This document shows, one piece after another, positions 1 to 10,976 of a stretch of DNA of 64,000 nt. A program made the translations under genes and the position numbers. Source of the DNA: an uncultured candidate division Zixibacteria bacterium (GTDB taxonomy: Bacteria > Zixibacteria > MSB-5A5 > GN15 > PGXB01); assembly GCA_963702205.1 (NCBI GenBank), contig OY969724.1, positions 1,600,001-1,664,000 on the forward strand, written 5' to 3'. Numbering within the stretch: the first letter of the stretch is position 1; the number at the start of each line of letters is the position of its first letter. Under the pieces are notes generated by a model that saw only the letters and a list, made by a program, of their open reading frames with translations, ran no database searches and was not told where the DNA came from.

Positions 1-468
1 GAGCGCGCCGCGATTGTCTCGTTTTCCGACCCGTACTATTTGGCCGGACAGGTGGTGGCGGTGCCGGTCGATGATTCGGTCATTCATTCCATCGACGATC
101 TCAACGGGCTCAACGTGGGGGTGCAGCTGGGCACGACCGGTGAGCGGATGGCCAAGTCGAGAAGCGGTCTGTCGGTCTTTTCGTACGACAACATCGGGGC
201 GGCTTTTATTGATATGGAGAATGGTCATATCGACGCTGTCTTAAACGATTTCCCCACGACTTATGATTATATCAAGATGCGCGGGAAGGCTAAAATTGTC
301 GGGGACGTGCTTTCTGAAGAGCATTATGGCATCGCGGTCAGGAACGAAAACACTACGCTGCTTGAGCGCATTAACGCCGCGATAGAGCAGATGAAATCCG
401 ACGGGCAGTACGAAAAAATCCGCACGAAATGGTTTGGCACATCTCCCGCTCCCAGCGATTCTTTATAA
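1..468 (+). CDS. Polar amino-acid ABC transporter substrate-binding protein (5' partial)
   Basis: Open from base 1 (ERAAIVSFSDPYY...); SBP_bac_3-type motifs VGVQLGTTG, GHIDAVLND, EHYGIAVR, DGQYEKIRTKWFG. Confidence 0.9.
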   Translation, partial: ERAAIVSFSDPYYLAGQVVAVPVDDSVIHSIDDLNGLNVGVQLGTTGERMAKSRSGLSVFSYDNIGAAFIDMENGHIDAVLNDFPTTYDYIKMRGKAKIVGDVLSEEHYGIAVRNENTTLLERINAAIEQMKSDGQYEKIRTKWFGTSPAPSDSL

Positions 469-487
469 TTTTTAGTCTTGGTAGGCC

Positions 488-513
488 GGGGTGGCCCGAC
501 ATTCTTTGTCGGG
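488..513. repeat. REP-like hairpin GGGGTGGCCCGACATTCTTTGTCGGG
   Basis: CCCGACA/TGTCGGG stem with GGGTGGCCC tail; near-identical copies at 1424, 4321, 4801, 50531, 51360, 58359. Confidence 0.85.
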
Positions 514-607
514 GTTCTTTAACACAATTCCGCCTTTTAACAAGATATCTTTTTTGCAGAATTCGTATATTATCAAAACCCGACATAGAAGGGCTGTAGA
601 AAAACCA

Positions 608-706
608 GTAGGTCGGCTTCCGAATCCTGACGAAGTCAGGAGAGAAAGCCGACATCTTGTTGTCGGGTTTCTCGTTACGCTTCGCTCTACTCGGAACCCG
701 ACCTAC
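608..706. repeat. REP doublet (BIME/REPIN-like) with GTAG feet
   Basis: Begins GTAGGTCGGCTTCCG and ends CGGAACCCGACCTAC; two inverted imperfect palindromes; left half recurs at 4282-4330. Confidence 0.8.
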
Positions 707-774
707 TTCTTGCACCATCTGTGCACTTTTTCAACAAGCCCTCTTATGTCGGGCTACCGATCGCTAAAATACCA

Positions 775-1296
775 TCAAGGTTCCCATAGTTCGATTTTGT
801 TGCCTTCAGGATCAAGAATATGAATAAACTTCCCATAATCGTATGATGCAATGCTGTCAAGAACGGTGACACCGTTTTCTTTTAGTTTATCCACGAGCGC
901 TTCGATGTTCTGAACCCGATAATTGATCATGAAGTCTTTTTTTGATGGATTGAAATATTCGCTGCCCTTTTTAAACGGACTCCAAACCAGTTGATTGATT
1001 TCGTCGGGTTTGTTCACATTTCTGGATTCAAATGTCGAACCGTAATCGTCGATTTTAAGTCCCAGGTTTTTTCCGTACCATTCTTTTGTTTCTTGAGGGT
1101 TGTCGGAAAAGAAGAAAATGCCGCCAATCCCTGTTACCTTTGGCGTTGAGTCGACGGTTGAACTTGTGCTGTCTGTTTGATTTTTGTTATCTTCCATATT
1201 GCTCGTCCTCAGGGTTTTCGAATTGCAGCTCGCAAGAATCATGGCAAGCAGAATTATCGTCAATCTTGCTATCAATCCGCTCATGTTTGTATGCAT
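775..1296 (-). CDS. VOC/glyoxalase family protein, possible lipoprotein signal
   Basis: KVTGIGGIFF...WY...LG...FMINYRV...YGKF..ILDPEGNKIELWEP; N-terminal hydrophobic stretch ending LASC. Confidence 0.85.
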   Translation of the reverse strand: MHTNMSGLIARLTIILLAMILASCNSKTLRTSNMEDNKNQTDSTSSTVDSTPKVTGIGGIFFFSDNPQETKEWYGKNLGLKIDDYGSTFESRNVNKPDEINQLVWSPFKKGSEYFNPSKKDFMINYRVQNIEALVDKLKENGVTVLDSIASYDYGKFIHILDPEGNKIELWEP

Positions 1297-1423
1297 TTTG
1301 ATGGTTATTGTTTTTCCTGCTCCCGTTGATGGTTACGGTTTGCAGGGCTTCAGTTACTTCTATTATATACGGGACTTCTTGTGCTTTTGTCAAACCGATT
1401 TGGGTCCGCTCGCTTTGCGGGTT

Positions 1424-1455
1424 GAGAAACCCGACATAGAATGTCGGGCCACCCC
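1424..1455. repeat. REP-like hairpin GAGAAACCCGACATAGAATGTCGGGCCACCCC
   Basis: Reverse-orientation copy of the 488 repeat. Confidence 0.85.
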
Positions 1456-1732
1456 GCGAGCCTGCTTAGGCTATTATTTTGCGTATTTTTTTAACCGTTT
1501 TAAGTATTCATCCGATGTAATCCAATGCCCCCAATAATATCTCATATCGCAATAGGCTATTTTGCCAATTCGATAAGAATCGGATGTGTACATGTCATTT
1601 TCGGTTCCATATAGAATAATTGAGTTTGCTGTGCTGCTGTCGACTACATCCCTCAATTCATCAGATTCAAGCAATCTGGTAGCAATTACTGAATCGTCTG
1701 GCCTGGAGTTCCAGTCATTAACATGATGGTCC

Positions 1733-3050
1733 GGGAGTGTACGGAATTTTGTGTAAGCGGCCGGTTCATGTGTTTTCGATCCTTCCCTCGAAGACGATGC
1801 AGAAGTGATTAAGGGCCGCCACCCAGTCCTTGATCGGACGCTTCCATTTTTTCGAGATTCTTTGTATCGCCAGGTAGATCACCTTTCTGACTGATTCCAC
1901 CGTCGGGAACGAGCCGCGATTCCGCGTCACCTTGCGCAACTGAGCATTCATCGACTCGATGGCGTTGGTCGTATAGATAACCTTTCGAATCTCTTTGGGG
2001 TAGCTAAAAAACGGGATGATGTTCATCCAGCAGGACCGCCATGAGCGGGCGATCTGCGGGAAACGGTCCCGGTATGTGGCCTCGAACGCCGTCAGGGCCT
2101 GCTCGGCGGCTTCTTCGTTGGGCGCCGAGTAGATCGTCTTGAGATCGGCCGCGACCGCCTTGCGCTCTTTCCAACCGACATACTTCAGCGAGTTGCGCAC
2201 CATGTGCACGAGACATAACTGCACCTGGGTCTGCGGAAAGGCCGTCTCAATCGCATCAGGGAACCCCGTCAGACCATCGACACAGGCAATCAGGATGTCC
2301 CGAACGCCCCGGTTCTTAAGCTCCGTCAGCACCGACAGCCAGAACTTCGAACCCTCCTGATCGCCGACCCACAAACCCAAGAGTTCCTTGTAACCCTCCG
2401 GCGTGATCCCCAAGGCCAAATAGACCGCCTGGTTTTTGACCTGGCCGCTCTGACGAAGCTTCAGGTGGATGGCGTCCAGATAGACGATCGGGTAGACCGC
2501 CTCCAGCGGCCGACTCTGCCACACCGTCACCTCCTGAAGCACGGCGTCCGTCACCGCCGAAATCAAGGCCGGGGAAACCTCCGACTGGTACATCTCCTCA
2601 AGATGACCCTGGATATCCCGCGTCGTCAAACCCCGAGCGTACAGCGCCAACACCTTGTCGTCGAAACCGGGCAGGCGCCGCTGGTGCTTTTTAACCAACT
2701 GCGGCTCGAACTCGCCGTTCCGGTCCCGCGGAATCTCCAGCGTAACATCTGCCGACCCGGTCTTGACCGTCTTGCTGGTTTTGCCGTTGCGAGAGTTGCC
2801 GCTGTTTTTGCCTTCGGGAGCATTGGGCGGATAGCCCAAGTGATGCGTCATCTCACCTGCGAGGGCGCGCTCATACACCCGTTTCGTGAGCGCCTGCAGA
2901 AGACCGCCCTCACCCACTATCTCTTCCGGCGTCTTGCCGGCGATCATCTCGTCGATCAGTTTGTCAGCTTCGTCACGTTTCTTGGCCATGATATACCTCC
3001 TTCAACTATATATACGTCATGGCCACTTACACAAAAATATTTACACGCGC
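1733..3050 (-). mobile_element. IS256-family insertion sequence, 1318 bp
   Basis: Imperfect 25-bp inverted repeats (GGGAGTGTACGGAATTTTGTGTAAG / GCGCGTGTAAATATTTTTGTGTAAG); 8-bp TSD GATGGTCC at 1725-1732 and 3051-3058. Confidence 0.95.
1766..2989 (-). CDS. IS256-family DDE transposase
   Basis: RNG...PRDR, YLDAI, ACVDGLTG, QLCLVH, YTTNAIES motifs; intact 407 aa. Confidence 0.97.
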   Translation of the reverse strand: MAKKRDEADKLIDEMIAGKTPEEIVGEGGLLQALTKRVYERALAGEMTHHLGYPPNAPEGKNSGNSRNGKTSKTVKTGSADVTLEIPRDRNGEFEPQLVKKHQRRLPGFDDKVLALYARGLTTRDIQGHLEEMYQSEVSPALISAVTDAVLQEVTVWQSRPLEAVYPIVYLDAIHLKLRQSGQVKNQAVYLALGITPEGYKELLGLWVGDQEGSKFWLSVLTELKNRGVRDILIACVDGLTGFPDAIETAFPQTQVQLCLVHMVRNSLKYVGWKERKAVAADLKTIYSAPNEEAAEQALTAFEATYRDRFPQIARSWRSCWMNIIPFFSYPKEIRKVIYTTNAIESMNAQLRKVTRNRGSFPTVESVRKVIYLAIQRISKKWKRPIKDWVAALNHFCIVFEGRIENT

Positions 3051-3653
3051 GATGGTCCTTCAACATATCAGCTATTTCATATTGATCCACTATTGAATAA
3101 GGGTCCATAATTCCCAATATATCGTCATGACTTCTCATTCTGTTGCCATAAACCAGTTCTTCAGTATTTTTTTGCGCCTTGAAGTCGTCAATGTAGTCGT
3201 AATTGGAATTCAGACGAATAGATGTCAGGTACCAGAATTTAATATTAGTAGCGTGTTTATCACCTTTGATTAGGTCAATTGGAGCAAAAGAATACTCAAT
3301 GATATAAAATTCTTCTTCAGATCCCAGATACGAAAACCTGCCCAGGTGCATAAGTGTATCAACTGACATCAAATCGCCTATAAAAACGTATTCGCTTTCA
3401 TCCAATAATATATCAGGCGGAAGTGCGTCTGAATCAAAACACCTGAGAAAGCCACAACCATAAAGACCGGCAAATGATGCGACCACAATCACAACAATAA
3501 TTACCTTACCTTTTATCAACGATGCAGCACCTTTGATCATATAGAACCTCCCAGGTAATTTTTATAAATTACGATTAAAAAATATGATTTTTCATATATA
3601 GACTAATCCTTATCCCCATAGCAACCTCAAAATACTTATCATCCCAATGTCTC

Positions 3654-3678
3654 GGGTCGCCCACGGCTTGCCGTGGGA
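3654..3678. repeat. RAYT-flanking REP (left)
   Basis: GGGTCGCCCACGGCTTGCCGTGGGA, exact reverse complement of 4219-4243. Confidence 0.9.
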
Positions 3679-3701
3679 CTCTCCGATTAAAGTACCCACG
3701 A

Positions 3702-4199
3702 TCAAAATTCATATTGATCCATCTGCAATGGAACATCGCGTATTCCCTGATACCAATTATAACTTGACCATTCCCATTCTTCCGGATTGCTCACCAGAAC
3801 CCTTCTTACCGGATTGGCAAGGCAATATTCTATCTTTTCCCTGACTACGGCAGTGTTACGACAGTTATGATCATAACCTCGCTTCTCCCAAAATACCCGA
3901 ATGGCATCTTCCGAAGGAATTTTCGACAATTGGAACCATTCCCGAGCCGTCAGGGACTTGATTTCTCCGACTACTCTTCCCACCGGCGTACCATCAAACG
4001 GGTGGATGACAAGGTGCACGTGGTCTGGCATAAACACATAGCCAAGCAATCGAAAACCATATTTCTGACGCGTTTGATCAATATATCGAGCCAGAAGCTC
4101 TTTGGCAATCTTATTAGATAGAGCGTGTTCGTTACGATAACAATTAAACGTGAGGAACCGAGCAGTTCCGGTATTGTCGAAGTGCCTTAATCGCGGCAT
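3702..4199 (-). CDS. REP-associated tyrosine transposase (RAYT/TnpA-REP, HUH Y1 family)
   Basis: FLTFNCY, YVFMPDHVHL (HUH), FWEKRGYDHN, EYCLANPV, WEWSS motifs; flanked by inverted REPs. Confidence 0.92.
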   Translation of the reverse strand: MPRLRHFDNTGTARFLTFNCYRNEHALSNKIAKELLARYIDQTRQKYGFRLLGYVFMPDHVHLVIHPFDGTPVGRVVGEIKSLTAREWFQLSKIPSEDAIRVFWEKRGYDHNCRNTAVVREKIEYCLANPVRRVLVSNPEEWEWSSYNWYQGIRDVPLQMDQYEF

Positions 4200-4218
4200 T
4201 AATAGTCCAATCAATCAA

Positions 4219-4243
4219 TCCCACGGCAAGCCGTGGGCGACCC
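4219..4243. repeat. RAYT-flanking REP (right)
   Basis: TCCCACGGCAAGCCGTGGGCGACCC. Confidence 0.9.
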
Positions 4244-4281
4244 GGGCCAATCCAAGCGATTCGTTGTAAATAAAATTAAAA

Positions 4282-4346
4282 GTAGGTCGGGTTCCGATGC
4301 CGACGAAGTCGGGAGAGAAACCCGACATAGAATGTCGGGCCGCCCC
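4282..4346. repeat. Composite REP (GTAG-footed palindrome fused to CCCGACATAGAATGTCGGGCCGCCCC)
   Basis: Matches 608-654 and 1424-1455. Confidence 0.8.
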
Positions 4347-4390
4347 GCCGGAGACTAATTCAGGTAAGGGAGCGAGTGGTTAGGCAGTGA

Positions 4391-4768
4391 TTAGACTCCA
4401 CAGTTTTTGCATAGCGAATTGTTCTGTAGTTGAAAGAACTGGCCAAGGCTATCAACGAACTTCTGAATTGAGCTAAAGCCCCTAATGATTTGATCCCTTT
4501 TCAGCATGCCAATCCAAAATCCGTTTTCTGTTGCCTCACCGATACCCGAGATGAGATTGGCTTGGGCAGAACATGTTGGCTTATGTGCCATTACTTTTTT
4601 GATTCGGGGATTGAAATTAATGTAAACCTTAACAAAACTATCATTTGGTGATTGTGCTGACATCACTGCTTTAATGTCAAAAAGGTCTAAATTGTTTTTT
4701 GTCAGAAAGTCTATAACCTGTATGACAGCGAGATAGAAATTATACTGCTGGTTATTATTCAAAGACAT
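4391..4768 (-). CDS. Hypothetical protein (125 aa), REP-flanked cargo
   Basis: AGGAGG RBS before ATG at 4768; AT-rich; no family recognised. Confidence 0.65.
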   Translation of the reverse strand: MSLNNNQQYNFYLAVIQVIDFLTKNNLDLFDIKAVMSAQSPNDSFVKVYINFNPRIKKVMAHKPTCSAQANLISGIGEATENGFWIGMLKRDQIIRGFSSIQKFVDSLGQFFQLQNNSLCKNCGV

Positions 4769-4800
4769 TGTGTTTCCTCCTGTAGTATCGCTGGGACCGC

Positions 4801-4824
4801 GGTGGCCCGACATTCTATGTCGGG
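4801..4824. repeat. REP-like hairpin GGTGGCCCGACATTCTATGTCGGG
   Basis: Same family as 488. Confidence 0.85.
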
Positions 4825-5045
4825 ATTCTTAAAATTTCATTTTATCGATTACCACATATTCCCGCGAACCCCCGTTCTTTTCAATTACGATATTTCAATA
4901 TAGGTTCATTCCCGCCTCTACAGCAACCTCAAAATACATATCATACAGACGTGACCGATGGTCTGACCTTAACCTTTTGGCGTTTCAACTATTGGGAGGA
5001 AAAAGGTCTTGCTTTTTTGACTGTTTTATTTATCATAAAACGCTT

Positions 5046-5738
5046 ATGTCAGGCCAATACAAATTATCGAAATTAGAGGGCAAAGTTGTCGCCATCGACG
5101 GCCCGGCCGGGTCGGGGAAATCGACCACGGCCAAGCTTTTGGCCGAAAAACTCGGCTTTACCTATCTCGATACCGGCGCCATGTATCGCGCGGTGACGCT
5201 GTTCGCACTTCAAAACGGGGTCGACGTCAACGACGCGCGGGCACTCGAGGCCATCGCGCGCAAAGTCGAAATTGAGCTTAAGGGCCATCAGGTTTTTTTA
5301 AACGGCGAGGACGTCAGCGAAGCAATCCGGACTCCCGAAGTAACCAAAGCTGTCTCACCTGTTTCGGCTCATGCGGGGGTGCGCAAGGCGATGGTGTTCC
5401 GCCAGCGCCAGATGGGCGAACAAGGCAAAATCGTCGCCGAGGGGCGGGATACCACGTCGGTTGTTTTTCCCGATGCTGATTTTAAAATATATCTCGTTGC
5501 GTCTCTCGATGCCCGGGCACAGCGGCGCATGCTCGAATATGCCAAAAAGGGAAATTCCACGACGCTCGATGAACAAAAAGAGCTTCTGGCGACCCGCGAT
5601 AATATTGACAGCAACCGCGATAACTCGCCTCTGACCAGGACGCCCGATTCTATTCTGCTGGATACATCCTCGCTGACCATCGAAGAACAGGTCGACCGCA
5701 TTCTCAAAATCGTACTCGCCAGCGTTAAAGGTTTATGA
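5046..5738 (+). CDS. cmk: Cytidylate kinase
   Basis: AIDGPAGSGKST, YLDTGAMYR, VAEGRD; cmk-plsC-rpsA synteny. Confidence 0.97.
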   Translation: MSGQYKLSKLEGKVVAIDGPAGSGKSTTAKLLAEKLGFTYLDTGAMYRAVTLFALQNGVDVNDARALEAIARKVEIELKGHQVFLNGEDVSEAIRTPEVTKAVSPVSAHAGVRKAMVFRQRQMGEQGKIVAEGRDTTSVVFPDADFKIYLVASLDARAQRRMLEYAKKGNSTTLDEQKELLATRDNIDSNRDNSPLTRTPDSILLDTSSLTIEEQVDRILKIVLASVKGL

Positions 5739-6379
5739 ACATAATCTATACATTTTTCTGGTTCGTGTTAAACTTTATGACCCGGGTGTTGTTTCGTATC
5801 AAGATCGTCAACAGCAACCTGCTGCCGCGCGAGGGCGCGTATATCCTGGCATCGAATCATATTTCTCTGGCCGACCCGCCGATACTGGGCAGCACCTTGA
5901 ATCGACCCATATTTTTCATGGCCAAAAAAGAGTTGTTTCAAATTTTCCTGTTTGGGAGGTTGTTGCGAAAAATAAATGCATTTCCGGTAGACCGAGGTGG
6001 TGTCGACCGGTCGGCCATCAAGAAAGCGCTGCAAGTGTTGAAGGCGAATCATGCGCTGGTGATTTTCCCCGAGGGAACCCGGGGGCGTTACGGGAAGTTA
6101 TTGAGACCACAGCCGGGGATAGGCCTGATCGCCCATCACGGCAACGTGCCGATCGTCCCGGCCTTTATGACCGGCAGCAATCACCTGAGCGACTGCTTCT
6201 GGGGGCGGGAAATTTTATCGGTTATTTATGGTCAGCCTATTGACTCCGAGGAAGTTAAGGCCTATGATACGGGCAAAGACGGTTATCGTCGGCTGGCCGA
6301 CGAAATAATGAGCCGCATACAAAAGATAAAGGATGAGTACGAGCTTGCCTCTAAAGTGAGACATCAGGGGGCAGGCTGA
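5735..6379 (+). CDS. plsC: 1-acyl-sn-glycerol-3-phosphate acyltransferase
   Basis: NHISLAD (HX4D), FMAKKEL, IFPEGTR. Confidence 0.93.
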   Translation: MNIIYTFFWFVLNFMTRVLFRIKIVNSNLLPREGAYILASNHISLADPPILGSTLNRPIFFMAKKELFQIFLFGRLLRKINAFPVDRGGVDRSAIKKALQVLKANHALVIFPEGTRGRYGKLLRPQPGIGLIAHHGNVPIVPAFMTGSNHLSDCFWGREILSVIYGQPIDSEEVKAYDTGKDGYRRLADEIMSRIQKIKDEYELASKVRHQGAG

Positions 6380-6481
6380 TTTATATTTGCCTATTGTCGA
6401 TAGTGATTACATATCCTGAATATCCCGCCCGTGCAGCCTTCTGCACCGGGGTAAATATACAGTTAAGGAGGAATTTATTCC

Positions 6482-8596
<2,115 letters not shown>

Positions 8597-8630
8597 TCTC
8601 TTGATTTTCGCACAGGATATTATAGATACA

Positions 8631-8655
8631 GAGGCCGGGTATTCACCCGGCCTTT
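8631..8655 (+). terminator. Probable rho-independent terminator after rpsA
   Basis: GAGGCCGGGT-ATTC-ACCCGGCCTTT hairpin with T tail. Confidence 0.7.
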
Positions 8656-8688
8656 GATTTTGTGGGGCGGTTCGTATATATTACAATT

Positions 8689-9972
8689 ATGACCAAAGTA
8701 GCTTTTGAAACGATCGGGTGCAGGCTCAACCAGTACGAAACCGAAAAGATGGCTTCACGGCTTCTGGCCTGCGGTTTCGAACGGGTGTCGATCAAAGACG
8801 ATGCCGATCTGTACATTATAAATACCTGCACCGTCACCGGTCGCGCCGACGCCACCTGCCGAAATATTATTTCTCGCATCGCCCGCCGCGACAAACCCTC
8901 GGCGCTGGTCGTGGCCGGATGTTATGTCGACTCCGACCCGGAAAAAACGTCATCGTTAAACGGTGTCGATCTGATTATCCCCAACAGCCGAAAAGAAAGC
9001 GTCGTGGCGATAATCAAAGAAAAATTCCCAAACTTCTTTGACAATGGTCTGCCCCACGAAGACGTCAAGGTGCTGGTCGATTTCCACGAACACAATCGGG
9101 CCTGGATAAAGATAGGCGACGGGTGCAATCAGAACTGCGCCTATTGTATCATTCCGACGGTACGGGGACGAATTCAAAACCGACCGCTGGGCGAGATTAT
9201 CACCGAGATCAGGCGGCTTTCGGAAAACGACTATCATGAGGTCGTCCTGACCGGCGTGCATATCGGTAAGTACTCCGATCCCGGTGCCGGAAGCATCGCC
9301 GACTTGATTCGCCGCATACTCGATGATACACCGTTGAGCCGCGTGCGGTTATCGTCGATAGAACCGCAGGAAGTTGACGATGACCTACTGGCTGTGATGC
9401 AGGACGGCGGCCCTCGCGTCTGCCGCCATCTGCACGTGCCGCTTCAGTCCGGCTCGGACAGAATTTTGAAAATCATGCACCGGCCGTATAATTCGAGAGA
9501 TTATCTTCACATCATTGAAAGCGCTAAAACTAAGATCCCCGGTCTTGTCATCGGAGCCGATATAATTGTCGGCTTTCCCGGCGAAACCGATGAAGATTTC
9601 GGCGGATCGGTTGGCGTGGCGGAAAGCGACCTGGTCGATTATGTCCATACCTTTTCATATTCGGACCGTCCCGGCACCGAGGCGTCGCAGATGGCGAACA
9701 AGATCAATCCCGATACCATTAAGCAGAGAAATAAAGTCCTCAGGGATATTTCCAACGCCGGCTATGCCCGCGCTTTGAGCCGCGAGATCGGGCAGCTGTC
9801 TTATGTTATCTCGGAACATAAAGCCGATGACGGTCGCCAGTACTATGGTATAACCGACAATTACTTACGAGCCGCCGTCCCGCTCGAATACAGGGGCACC
9901 AGGAAAATTATCGGGATGCATATCACCGACGTCAGCGAAAATTATCTCATCGGCCAAATAGTTGAAATTTAG
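8689..9972 (+). CDS. mtaB: tRNA t6A37 methylthiotransferase (radical SAM)
   Basis: GCRLNQYE, NTCTVT, GCY and CNQNCAYC motifs; RVRLSSIEP, HLHVPLQSGSD, DIIVGFPGET. Confidence 0.93.
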   Translation: MTKVAFETIGCRLNQYETEKMASRLLACGFERVSIKDDADLYIINTCTVTGRADATCRNIISRIARRDKPSALVVAGCYVDSDPEKTSSLNGVDLIIPNSRKESVVAIIKEKFPNFFDNGLPHEDVKVLVDFHEHNRAWIKIGDGCNQNCAYCIIPTVRGRIQNRPLGEIITEIRRLSENDYHEVVLTGVHIGKYSDPGAGSIADLIRRILDDTPLSRVRLSSIEPQEVDDDLLAVMQDGGPRVCRHLHVPLQSGSDRILKIMHRPYNSRDYLHIIESAKTKIPGLVIGADIIVGFPGETDEDFGGSVGVAESDLVDYVHTFSYSDRPGTEASQMANKINPDTIKQRNKVLRDISNAGYARALSREIGQLSYVISEHKADDGRQYYGITDNYLRAAVPLEYRGTRKIIGMHITDVSENYLIGQIVEI

Positions 9973-10103
9973 ACAATCAAGAAAAATCGACCTGTTCGGC
10001 CGGAAAAATTTTCTAATTTGAACCGTTTTTTCTCTCCCCTCAGATAAACCGCAAAGCTCATAAGTTTCAATATGTCAATGACATATCTGCGCCGCCCTGA
10101 TAT

Positions 10104-10118
10104 TGGCACGGGGCTTGC
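10104..10118 (+). promoter_or_regulatory. Sigma54 promoter of the first flagellar operon
   Basis: TGGCAC-GGGGC-TTGC, canonical -24/-12, 43 bp before the ATG. Confidence 0.88.
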
Positions 10119-10160
10119 GAAAATCTCCGCCGGAGAAATACCATATTTGCGTGAAAAAAA

Positions 10161-10976
10161 ATGGAAGATGAAGAAAAACAAGTTCCGGAAGTAAACGAGG
10201 CGCAGGCTGAGGGTGATAACCCTTCCGGCGAACAGGCATCCGAACAGCAACCGGTCAGCGGCATTAAGGCACTGCTGGGCAAATACAAAAAGTATTTGGT
10301 CCCGGCGGTGATCGGACTGACGGCTCTTATTGTCTCTCTTGTGATTCCCCAATTTTTCAATAGCGACAAGGAGCCACAGGCAGAAGCTGCCGCCGAACAC
10401 GGTGCCGATACGTTGCAGACCGTTGAAGAAAACCGGGATTCCCTGCTCGCGGAAGCCGCCAGGCCTTTGGAGCTTTCCGAACTTGATGATCAGGAACTGG
10501 AGGAACTTCTTTCGATGAACCAACTTTACGAAAGCCTCGATACCGACGCCATCCTTAAAGAAATGGATGCGATGGACAATCAGGCGCCTGAAAAGCTGGT
10601 CGACGGCGAACAGATATCTGCGGCCGATTCGGTGGATACTCTCAACTGGATCGACAAAGAGATGCAAAAGCTCACCGCCGAGAAAGATTCTCTGAAAAAC
10701 TTGAAGGAGGAATTGCAAACTCTAAACCAGAAAGTGGAAAAGGCGTCGGATCGACTTGATAAAGCCGAATCGGCGCGGCTGACAAAGCTGGCCCGCCTGT
10801 ACGACGGTATGAAAGCCGATGAAGTGGCTCGATTGTTCGATAATCTTCCTGACAGCGTTATCATTATGATCCTGCCCAAAATGAAACCGGCTAATGCCGC
10901 CAAAATTCTGGGACTCATGAAGCCCAAGCGCGCGGCCGGCATTTCAACCAAATTGATCACGGTAATGGAACCATAA
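10161..10976 (+). CDS. Flagellar MotE/MgtE_N-like membrane-anchored protein
   Basis: N-terminal TM helix, coiled coil, LARLYDGMKADEVA...MKPANAAKILGLM; sits before fliK. Confidence 0.75.
   Translation: MEDEEKQVPEVNEAQAEGDNPSGEQASEQQPVSGIKALLGKYKKYLVPAVIGLTALIVSLVIPQFFNSDKEPQAEAAAEHGADTLQTVEENRDSLLAEAARPLELSELDDQELEELLSMNQLYESLDTDAILKEMDAMDNQAPEKLVDGEQISAADSVDTLNWIDKEMQKLTAEKDSLKNLKEELQTLNQKVEKASDRLDKAESARLTKLARLYDGMKADEVARLFDNLPDSVIIMILPKMKPANAAKILGLMKPKRAAGISTKLITVMEP

Larger units (their letters stand above)
1474..3540 (-). pseudogene. AT-rich hypothetical (lipo)protein of ~246 aa interrupted by IS256
   Basis: Removing 1733-3050 and one TSD copy joins ...ADMLKDH to HVNDWNSRPDDSVIATRLLESDELRD...YAK* in frame. 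Confidence 0.8.

Noticed and set aside
371..823. ORFs 371-718 (-) and 491-823 (+)
   Set aside because: They run through REP palindromes; the recurring MSGHP/MARHS starts here and at 4813, 51373 and 58373 are REP translation artefacts.
2956..3050. C-terminal extension of the 194-aa ORF
   Set aside because: Read-through into the IS256 end; the real C-terminus lies at 1474-1724.
9973..10160. Possible c-di-GMP riboswitch ahead of the flagellar operon
   Set aside because: No GEMM-type GGCAAAC/GNRA architecture visible; the region is explained by a sigma54 promoter.
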